Origin: Nitrospirota bacterium
GTDB taxonomy: Bacteria; Nitrospirota; UBA9217
Direction: 5' to 3'
Assembly (NCBI GenBank): GCA_963740085.1
Contig: CAVUCU010000001.1
Coordinates: 800,001-864,000, forward strand
Length of the DNA stretch: 64,000 nucleotides
Of this stretch, positions 30,627-39,410 are shown one piece after another. The position numbers and the translations under genes were made by a program. A model generated the notes under the pieces. It did no database searches. It was given only the letters and a program-made list of their open reading frames with translations, and was not told the DNA's origin. Position 1 is the stretch's first letter. Each line of letters begins with the position of its first letter.

Positions 30627-32380
30627 TTAAATTGTCCCGGGGGTCAAAGTCAGCTTATCGACGAGGGGCTGCATATCCGTGGAAGTCAGACCTGATTTGT
30701 TCGTCGTGGACGTCATGAACGTCATAATTGCATTCGCCAGCCCGATCTTTCCAGCCGTGGGATCCATCATGGGACCGCCGCCGCCCATCATGCCACCACC
30801 CATGCCGCCCATGGTGATAGACGTGCTTCCCATCTTACCGTCCATGATGCCGTCAGACGCATCATTCATCATGGCCGTTATCAGCGCCGCGGGATCGGTT
30901 ATGATGTTGGTCAGGGCATACTGAGACATGGCGGCAATGGCAATGCCGTAGTTCTTCATGGCCGTCGTCGTACCTCCGGATGCTAATTCAGCAGCGTTCA
31001 TCGGCGTTGTCTGGAGGATGTCAGTGACCATGAAGTAGTTACCCACTGCAGTGTTCGCTGTGGTGATATTTGCATCCGCCATACCGCCTGTCATCGCACG
31101 GGCCCGTGCCTGGGCCATGGACGTGAGGGGCGTCATCTGAATACCCGTTATCGTAGAACCGCTTGTAATGGTCGGTATGACCGCAGTCATGAAATCACCA
31201 TTCAACATCGTCATGGTCGTACCGGTTGCCAGGTTGGTATACGATCCTCCGCTCATTTGAAGCATGACCGGACCGGAATAGGCGCCGAGGGACAGGCTGA
31301 AGTCGCCCATGCTGTCGGTTGTCCCGCTGGCAAGTTGCGCGCCCATGGCGCCGCCACTCACCGCATAGGCCATTACCGTGGCGTTGTTCATCGTCCCGTT
31401 GAAGACCGTTCCGCTGACCGTCCCGTTCATCATTGTTCCTCCGCCGCTCTGAATGGTACCGGTCGCCGAGCCAGTCAACTGGTTCATAAGCGTCTGCATG
31501 TTCGTCGCGGTCACGCCTGACTTATTCAGAGGTGGAAGTGATGAACGTCGCCATTTCCGTGGCAAGTCCGCTCGTTCCCGCCGTTGTGGTCATCATGGAG
31601 CTGCCTGCCGTCATCCCGCCCATCATGACCGGCGTTAGTTCCCATCAAGCCATTCATAACGCCGTCTGACGCATCATTCATCATGGCCGTAACCATGCTG
31701 GACGAGGAAGTCATTCCCATATCCGTTGCGGACTGAGACATCGCCGCAATGGCCATGCCGTAATTCCTCATGTCCTGGGTTGCCGTACCGCTCGCACCGG
31801 ACACCAGCGGGTTCATCGGCTGGGTATGCAGGATATCGCTCACCATGAAGTAATTGCCGATGGACGAGTTTGCCGCCGTGATGTTAGCGCCCGTCATACC
31901 GCCTGCCATGTTGTTGGCCATGGCCTGCGCCATGGAGGTGAGCGGCGTGACCTGGATATTGGTTATTGTTTCGCCGCTTATGATCGAGGGCATGATCGCG
32001 GTCATTACATCGCCCGGAGACATGGTCATGGTCAGACCTGTTGCCTCATCGATATACGTGCCGCCGCTCATCTGCAGCATGACGGGACCGGAGTAGCTGC
32101 CGATGGACATGCTGAAATTACCCTGTGCATCCGTCGTTCCGGTTGCTACCTGAGTGCCCATCACGCCGTCCGTGATGCCATATGCCGTTACCGTTGCGCC
32201 GCTATCGGTCCCTTTACAGCCGTGCCACTAATCATTCCATTTGCGCCTGTGTCCGCCATTACGCCGGAGTCGTACTGCTGCCTCCGCCGCATCCAAAAAG
32301 AGCGACAATGAGCCGATTAAAAGAGTTAGAGCCAGAATTGCTTTGAGATTCTTAACTTTCGCATTGAATACATCCTCCAT
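30627..32380 (-). CDS. Met-rich tandem two-domain surface lipoprotein (several frameshifts)
   Basis: Reconstructed signal KNLKAILALTLLIGSLSLF-GCGGGSS; two homologous units sharing GTTD..G.FS.S.G.YSGPVMLQMSGG.Y and TPLTSMAQA; split over ORFs 31526-32164 and 30627-31565. Confidence 0.7.
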
Positions 32381-32413
32381 AGTTTTTTCTGATATTATTT
32401 ACTGCAATTGTGG

Positions 32414-32443
32414 ATTAGACGACGAGGAAAGGAAAAGGTTACA
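32414..32443 (-). promoter_or_regulatory. ECF-type promoter of the Met-rich lipoprotein gene
   Basis: TGTAACC-N15-CGTCTAAT. Confidence 0.7.
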
Positions 32444-32733
32444 AATAATTCGAGGGATTATTGCTTATGCTATTACCGTTTGTTCCTCTTTTGGTTTCAC
32501 AGCGATACTTTCAATACCGACAATTGCTCTAATATTGATACGACTCTCCTCATGAATAGGTCAAGAATTAAGCTGAAGCGCTACAATTCTTCCCAATGCA
32601 ATCAGTATGAGAAATGGACCAAGGATATTGATTAATCACAAAGTTGACTATATTTGACAAGAGAATTCCCTTTTTGTCCACCGCGATCCTTCGCGCATCA
32701 TGATGGTTCCTCCGAGACTTTCCCGCCGATCGC

Positions 32734-33873
32734 TCAGAAATGTCCCGCATCGGATCGCGTTGATTTATCGGTCCTCTTAAATCCCGCTTTTTCCCCCCAG
32801 ACGCTCACCTGCCAGTTGTCGGCCCTGCCTGATGGAGAGATCCAGGGCGGCAGAGAGAGCCGCAGGAGCCTCGACAAGGCATATACATACGGTTCGTACG
32901 TCCGGCGCAGTTCATTCAGTCTCCGGTTCGCCTCTGCTCCTTCTTGCAGGTGCATGCCTTCCTGCTTGAGAACGGTCTGCAGGGAAGCGAGATCAGCCGC
33001 CTGAAGGCGGTCGACCTCGGGCTCGCGGGGCGGCGTGTGAAGGACGAGTGCCAGGTCAACAACGACATGCCGCGCCATGGCAAAGGTCAACTGGGCCTGG
33101 CGCACGCTGTCTCCTTCGGTGCTGGATATGACGAACGAGCAGGTGTCAAGGACCGCGGTGAGCGCCGCGAGCCATGACTGATTGTCGTGCTGGGAGCGGA
33201 AATAGACGAGCACCGGGTAGGAAAGGTGGCTTTCGAGCAGCTCCGCGGACCAGCGCTCCCATTCATGGAGAAGCTGCGTCAGGGAACGGCTGGCGCTGTA
33301 CTGAACGTTCCGCCGGAGTATCTCCCCGGCCGTCGGGGGCGAGCCCGCGCGGGCATCCAGGAGCGAAATGCTTACCTCCCTCCGCGAGAAGGACTGGTTG
33401 AGCGCGGGGAGATAGCTGATAACGAGCGCCAGGAACGCGAACCCCATCCCGCCTTCGAGCACGACCAACAGCCGTGCCGCTGTCGTGCTCGGAGAGACAT
33501 CTCCCAGGCCGACGGTGAAGAACGTCGTGCCGCTGAAATACAGGCAGGTCGCGAAACCAGCCTGCCCTTCCTGTGTTTTGATGGCATTGCCCGGCGCCCA
33601 GTAGAGAAGCGCGAAGCCGATGATCAGAACAGCGGCCCAGATGCCCAGTAAGATAGGCAGCGAGAGCGGACCGTAATAACTCAGATAGTTGTCCTGTTTC
33701 CGCCGCGAAGACATGCGCACTCCTGCGGTCCAGAGCGGCCAGGTGAGCCTGTAGAAAAGGCGTACCAGCCTGAGTCGCCGCGTCACCCGGCGGGGAAGAA
33801 CGACCGTCTCGAAGGCATCCCACAGGACAACAAGAATGAAGAAGATGCCGCTAATTATTGCTGCGAACTGCAT
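32734..33873 (-). CDS. potassium channel family (ion_trans_2) protein
   Basis: YFSGTTFFTVGLGD pore-like motif, TM helices. Confidence 0.8.
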   Translation of the reverse strand: MQFAAIISGIFFILVVLWDAFETVVLPRRVTRRLRLVRLFYRLTWPLWTAGVRMSSRRKQDNYLSYYGPLSLPILLGIWAAVLIIGFALLYWAPGNAIKTQEGQAGFATCLYFSGTTFFTVGLGDVSPSTTAARLLVVLEGGMGFAFLALVISYLPALNQSFSRREVSISLLDARAGSPPTAGEILRRNVQYSASRSLTQLLHEWERWSAELLESHLSYPVLVYFRSQHDNQSWLAALTAVLDTCSFVISSTEGDSVRQAQLTFAMARHVVVDLALVLHTPPREPEVDRLQAADLASLQTVLKQEGMHLQEGAEANRRLNELRRTYEPYVYALSRLLRLSLPPWISPSGRADNWQVSVWGEKAGFKRTDKSTRSDAGHF

Positions 33874-34236
33874 ATCCGCTCTTCCCGCCGCGCCGAACAG
33901 GCAAAGGACCGTGAACATACCCGATAGTCGTATGGGGCTGGTGCTCGATGTTGTCGAGGCGCGCAGCCTCGATTAAAGTATAACACTGAAAAATAAAAGG
34001 GGGGCTGTTGCTGATTTCCGGGGATTTTTTGACTGCTGCCTGTTGTTCGGGTCGCCTGTGCGAACACGAAAAAGAAAAATATGCCGAAAAACTTACAAGC
34101 CAGACGGGGCCGTCGAGGTCATCGGCGGCGTTCTTATGGTAAGGTGGCCCACGAAAGCGGAGACCAGGAAAAACAGCAGGTGAAAAGCCATACAGCGCTC
34201 GTACCCACAAATTTAACTATTCATATCATAATAATT

Positions 34237-34476
34237 AGTTCTTTCGTATTTTAGTCGAAAAGGCTTTTCTCACCACGGAGGCGCGGAGACACAGAGGACT
34301 GATGTTATTTTATTGCGGGGCGTTAAGAGTAGCGTCTTTTTATGATTCTCTAATTTTTTCACGAAAAATCGAAGGATCCAGGGGTTTTTAAAATCCCCCA
34401 GGTTACCAGGCCTTGCTCCGTGCCTCCGTGTCTCAGTGGTTATACCTTGGGTTTCAACTTTTTTACGAATGAACCT
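34237..34476 (-). mobile_element. MITE-like element family A, copy 2
   Basis: Reverse-complement match to 12241-12477. Confidence 0.8.
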
Positions 34477-34574
34477 AATAATTTATTTAATGCAACGGAA
34501 ATCTTCAGGGTCAGGTATTGAGAGGATGTCCCCAATATCCCCAAGATTCGAAGCTCGAACCCTGTTCAAGGACC

Positions 34575-35615
34575 CTACTTGCGTTCAAAGATCGTGATGG
34601 AGCTGTTATTTGCCGTCGAGCCGGCTGCGAGATATTTGCCATCCGGGCTGTACGCAAGGCTGCTGAGACCGCAATCGCTGTCGATCGCCTTCAGCTTGGC
34701 GGCAGTGTTGATGTTCCAAAAGATCAACTTGCAGGCGCTCTCCTGGCCGACCCCCGCCACAGGTATTCCAAAAGCGCCTCTCACGACGACTGCAGTGGAA
34801 ACGGAATCGCCCGATGTCAGAACATTGCTGCCGGGGATGAATGCGAGTACGGACACCTTATCGGAATGACCCTCCAGAGACTTGCCCGGATTCCCGGTTG
34901 CCGCGTCCCAGATCATGATCGTGTTGTCATCGCTGCCGGTGACCAGATGCTTGCCGTCGGGGCTGTAAGCGACCGTATTGACGTTATTCGAATGTCCGCT
35001 CAGGGTCTTAATTTTATCTCCGGTGGCCGCGTCCCATATGATCGCGGACTTATCCTTGCTTGCCGTGGCCACCCGTGACCCGTCGGGGCTGAACGCGATT
35101 CCCATTACATCATCATCGTGGCCGCTTAATTTCTTGAACAGGTCGTCTTTTTTAATATTCCACAACATGGCTTTTTTGTCGTCGCCGGCGATCGCCAGAA
35201 GACTGCCGTCCTGATTGAACGAAAGCGCCCTCACGCTGTTGAAGGCCTTTATCTTTGCGATCTTCTTCCATGTCTGCGCGTCCCATAAGATCACCTTATG
35301 ATCACGATCTCCTGAGGCCAGATATTTTCCATCACGACTGAATGCCAGAGCAGTAACGTCACCATCGTTTTCTTTTTTGAGCTTGTTCGTGATCTGCCAA
35401 TTTGCCCTGTCCCAGAGAATAACCTCTTTGTCGGAGGTGCCGATGGCCATCACCTTACCGTCCGGGCTGAACGCGATGGAGAGTACATCCCCTGAATAGC
35501 CCTTCAGGGTCTTGATCTTTTCATAGTTCAGCGGAACAGACGTCTGTGCTTCTGCTAAGACAGTAGATGTGAAGAAAAGGAGCGTGAAAATAATCAAGCC
35601 GGTTCTCAGTTTCAT
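34575..35615 (-). CDS. secreted WD40-repeat protein
   Basis: Signal peptide; repeated GH...V..AFSPDG...WD. Confidence 0.9.
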   Translation of the reverse strand: MKLRTGLIIFTLLFFTSTVLAEAQTSVPLNYEKIKTLKGYSGDVLSIAFSPDGKVMAIGTSDKEVILWDRANWQITNKLKKENDGDVTALAFSRDGKYLASGDRDHKVILWDAQTWKKIAKIKAFNSVRALSFNQDGSLLAIAGDDKKAMLWNIKKDDLFKKLSGHDDDVMGIAFSPDGSRVATASKDKSAIIWDAATGDKIKTLSGHSNNVNTVAYSPDGKHLVTGSDDNTIMIWDAATGNPGKSLEGHSDKVSVLAFIPGSNVLTSGDSVSTAVVVRGAFGIPVAGVGQESACKLIFWNINTAAKLKAIDSDCGLSSLAYSPDGKYLAAGSTANNSSITIFERK

Positions 35616-35653
35616 TATCGGTTACCTCCTCTGACCTGGTTTCATGAGACGCT

Positions 35654-35716
35654 TTACTTCTTTTTGCTCTTGGGCTTTTTGACTTCTTTCTTTGAACCCT
35701 GCTGAGATTTTGCCAT
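35654..35716 (-). CDS. 20-aa basic microprotein MAKSQQGSKKEVKKPKSKKK
   Basis: RBS GAGGTG upstream of ATG; clean ORF between the FKBP terminator and the WD40 gene. Confidence 0.6.
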   Translation of the reverse strand: MAKSQQGSKKEVKKPKSKKK

Positions 35717-35789
35717 GATCCATCACCTCTTTCGTTTAGTATTCTTGACTTTTGAAAGCCCTGCGCGCAAACGGACAGGATCGACTTAC

Positions 35790-35820
35790 AAAAAAAGGCT
35801 GACCCGCCCGGGTCAGCCTT
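35790..35820 (-). terminator. Rho-independent terminator
   Basis: AAGGCTGACCC / GGGTCAGCCTT with A-run. Confidence 0.85.
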
Positions 35821-35827
35821 CCTGATT

Positions 35828-36527
35828 TTATTTTCCTTGCGCCTTAATTGAGACCAACTCAACCTCGAATATCAGAACCGCGTTCGGGCCGATCGGACCT
35901 CCAACCTTTCTCTCCATATGCAAGGTCTGAAGGGATAAAAAGCTCCCACTTGGAGCCCTCTTTCATGAGCTGCAGGGCCTCGGTCCATCCCTTGATCACG
36001 CCGTTCACGGGGAACGTCGCGGGCTGTCCGCGCTTGTATGAACTGTCGAACTCGGTCCCGTCGATCAGTGTGCCGCGGTACTGGACCGTCACCGTATCGC
36101 TTGCCTTCGGAGACTTGCCTTTCCCCTCCGTGATGACCTTGTATTGAAGACCGCTCGGCAGGGTCTTTACCCCCTTCTTGGTCTTGTTCTGGGCAAGAAA
36201 GGCTGCCCCTTCCTTCTCGTTCTTTTCACCCTGGATTTTTGCTCGCTCCTGTTGTTTTGCCTGGAGGTCCTTCTGGAGGCCCATGATGGTTGCCCTGGCC
36301 TCCTCCTCGGTCATCAGAGGCTTGCTGCCGGACTGGATGTCCTTGATCGCCCTTGCGACGATGTTCGGGTCAATATCGATTTCATTCTTTTTCAGACCAT
36401 TGCCCATATCCAGGCCAATGGCGTAACTGACCTTGTCTTTCTGGGTCTTCAGCTCCGGCTTTTCCCCGGCAAGGACCGGCCCACCGGCCAGCACTAGACA
36501 GATGATAAGTACGAGACTAGCTTTCAT
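35828..36527 (-). CDS. FKBP-type peptidyl-prolyl isomerase (Mip/FkpA-like), frameshift near 35900
   Basis: SYAIG, SGLQYKV, FDSSYKRG, VIKGWTEAL; C-terminus IGPNAVLIFEVEL in another frame. Confidence 0.9.
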
Positions 36528-36625
36528 TAATGTTCTCCTTTTTTCATTTGATTTGACGATTTTAAAAATACCAGCATTCGTTCGTTTTGTCAATCCCCCA
36601 GTGATTGTGCCAGGCGCAAATCAAA

Positions 36626-36784
36626 TTCTTATCAAAATGGCAAGAAAATCCCGAAGCGTATCGCGAATGACACGAAAGGAACGAATTACACTCATAAAAC
36701 CGGGAGATTGTGCCTTTTCTTCGTGCCATTCGAATCATTCGTGCAATTCGTGTTAAGATTTTGGTTCCGGCTCGTCCGGGTCAG
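36626..36784 (+). mobile_element. MITE/REP family C element
   Basis: Ends CAAAATGGCAAGAA / TTTGGTTCCGGCTCGTCCGGGTCA resemble the inverted ends of 44130-44312; CACGAA/TTCGTG palindromic core. Confidence 0.6.
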
Positions 36785-36823
36785 AATCTTCAGCTTCAGG
36801 TCCGTCACTACACAGTCCCGGAT

Positions 36824-37675
36824 TTACCGCAGAACATCGAGCAGCGTGAACACGAAGATCGTCACGCTGATGTAACCGTTCATATTGAAAAAAGCCATGT
36901 TCAGTTTTGAAAGATCGTCCTCCCTGACCAGGGTATGCTCGTAAATGATCAGGCAAAGCGCTATGATCACGCCTGCGAGATAATACCAATGGAGCGAGAG
37001 CAGCACATACAGCCAGAAGAGCGCAGCCATCGTGATGGCGTGCGAGCCCCGGGAGATCCAGAGCGACCGTCCTATCCCGAACCGCTGGGGAATGGAGTGG
37101 AGCCCCGCCTTGCGGTCAAAGTCCATGTCCTGGAGGGCATAGAGCACATCGAAACCGAGAAGCCAGAACAGCACCGCAGCGCCGAGCACAAGCGCCGGAG
37201 GCTCGATCTTCCCCGTGACCGCGATCCATGATCCGATCGGCGCGAGGCAGATGGCAAGCCCGAGGAACGCGTGCGACAGGAAAGTGAACCGTTTGGTGTA
37301 GGAATAGAAGAATACGACCGCGAGCGCTACGGGCGACAGAACGAAGCTAAGGGTGTTCAACCGATACGCCGCGTATACCAGCAGGGCCGACGAGACCGCG
37401 GTGAAGAGGATCACCTGGGCAGGCGTCACCAGTCCGCGGGGAAGGGCACGCATGCTGGTCCTCGGGTTAGCGGCATCGAAAACCCGGTCCGCCCACCGGT
37501 TGAACCCCATGGCAGCCGAGCGTGCACCGACCATGGCCACGACGATCCAGAGGATCGTGCTCCACGCCGGCAATCCCCGCGCCGCCAGCAGCGCACCGGT
37601 GAATGCGAAAGGCAATGCAAAGATCGTGTGTTCGAATTTGATCATCTCGAGGATGATCCTTATCTTTTTCAGCAT
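36824..37675 (-). CDS. UbiA/MqnP-family polyprenyltransferase
   Basis: MIKFEHTIFALPFA, NRWADRVFDAANPRT, YSYTKRF, FDVLYALQD. Confidence 0.9.
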   Translation of the reverse strand: MLKKIRIILEMIKFEHTIFALPFAFTGALLAARGLPAWSTILWIVVAMVGARSAAMGFNRWADRVFDAANPRTSMRALPRGLVTPAQVILFTAVSSALLVYAAYRLNTLSFVLSPVALAVVFFYSYTKRFTFLSHAFLGLAICLAPIGSWIAVTGKIEPPALVLGAAVLFWLLGFDVLYALQDMDFDRKAGLHSIPQRFGIGRSLWISRGSHAITMAALFWLYVLLSLHWYYLAGVIIALCLIIYEHTLVREDDLSKLNMAFFNMNGYISVTIFVFTLLDVLR

Positions 37676-38446
37676 GTATACCTTTCACAACAGCATTGGC
37701 CGCGACCAGCGAATATCCCCGCCTTCCCCTTTTTCAAGGGGGAAGGCCGGATTTGAAAAACATTTTTGCGAACAAATTACGTCTTAAAAAGAAATGGCGT
37801 ATCCCGGCACTTTATTATTTTTGGGTCTTCCGGGTTTTGTGTGGGTCGCTTTTATCTGTTCTAATGCAGCACATGTCACGGTCCTATTTTTTTCTGCACC
37901 CCAGTTCACAGCTCCGCACAGGGCATGATCGCCGGTACTGATAACAAGCCTTTTCGGGCATCGCAGCACTTCCCTTAGATTGGCCGCCTGCACCCGCTCT
38001 ATCGCAAGAGCACGGTGTGTCTGCGTGGCTTTGTGCTTGTTTCGATCGTGTCAGCATGCGCATGCTTATGAGCGAACCTGTTCATGGGATGCAGGGGCTT
38101 CTGGAAAGGCAAAGAGGTTCTGCCGTTCCCCTGCGCCGGGTAGCTCTGACGCGAGAGACACGCATAGCAATGCTGCACAGATCATAGTTACCAGAACACG
38201 ACAAGGCAGACACGGCCGAGCCCTTTTTTAAAGGGCGAGGGTGGAGTGATGCGAGTCCTGCATATCAGGGTGGAGGTACTGTACCTCTTCCCGGCATGCT
38301 GCGTGGCCGAGTGATGAGCTGCCCAAAAAAATCAATGCACACCTGGGACAAGAGCCAACTTAGATAACATTCAGGAAACAGATCGTTCATGAAGAATAAA
38401 AAGCGATACATGCAATTAAGTGACCCACAGAAAAGTCAGAAGAACC

Positions 38447-39349
38447 TTATTTTTGATGCAGCTGTCTCTTCTCCCACTCCCCGATCTTTTTCCTGATCTC
38501 CGGCATGGCCTTCTGAGCCGCCTCGATGCCTGCCTGCATACACCGCTTCTTCTGGCTGAAATCGAGCATCCCCACATCGCCGACGGCCGGCGAAATGAGC
38601 ACGTCGGCATTCTTTCTCGTATATTTCACATTCTCGCCGGACATGATCGTGACCGCCTGCAGCATGACATCGATGAGGTTCGTGATGTTGAAATTAACGA
38701 CATTCACGCCGATGTCCACGGCGATCACGATGTCGGCGCCTCTTTCCCGCGCCACAGAGCTCGGCAGATTCTCCACCACGCCGCCGTCAACCAGGAGCTT
38801 CCCCTGGTAGTCCACCGGGTTGAACACGCCGGGGATGGCGCTGCTCGCGTGCACTGCCTTGGCCACCGAGCCATGGTCGAGGACCACGCGCGTTCCGCGG
38901 TTCAGGTCCGTCGCGACCGCCGCAAAGGGCAATTTGAGGTCCTCGATGTTCGCGACCGGGATCTTTGATCTCACGAAGTCTTCCAGCTTATCCCCTTTGG
39001 CGAGGCCCATACTGGTAAATGCGGAGAGTATCCCGTAATCAAAGACCTGGTCTTTCTCCAGGGAAAACGCCGTCCACTCAAGTTCAAAACTGTTCGCGTC
39101 CGAAGCATAGATCGCGCCGATAAGGCTCCCAACGCTCGTGCCGACGATCATGTCGATCGGGACCTTCTCCTGTTCAAGCGCACGGATAACACCGATATGG
39201 GCGAAGCCTCGCGCAGCGCCGCCGCCGAGCACCAGCGCGATCCTCGGCTTCGGGCTCTCCGTCACGGGCGGCCCCTGTGTTGACGCGCAGGAGGCAAGCA
39301 GCACCGCTAACGTGACCATCGCAAGAACCATCTTTGTTGTTTTCAGCAT
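38447..39349 (-). CDS. patatin-like phospholipase lipoprotein
   Basis: GGGAARG, GTSVG, DGG; lipobox LASC. Confidence 0.92.
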   Translation of the reverse strand: MLKTTKMVLAMVTLAVLLASCASTQGPPVTESPKPRIALVLGGGAARGFAHIGVIRALEQEKVPIDMIVGTSVGSLIGAIYASDANSFELEWTAFSLEKDQVFDYGILSAFTSMGLAKGDKLEDFVRSKIPVANIEDLKLPFAAVATDLNRGTRVVLDHGSVAKAVHASSAIPGVFNPVDYQGKLLVDGGVVENLPSSVARERGADIVIAVDIGVNVVNFNITNLIDVMLQAVTIMSGENVKYTRKNADVLISPAVGDVGMLDFSQKKRCMQAGIEAAQKAMPEIRKKIGEWEKRQLHQK

Positions 39350-39410
39350 ACGAACCTCCATCATCAACCACGGAGACGCGGGGTCACGGATCGCTCCATA
39401 ATAATGCTCT

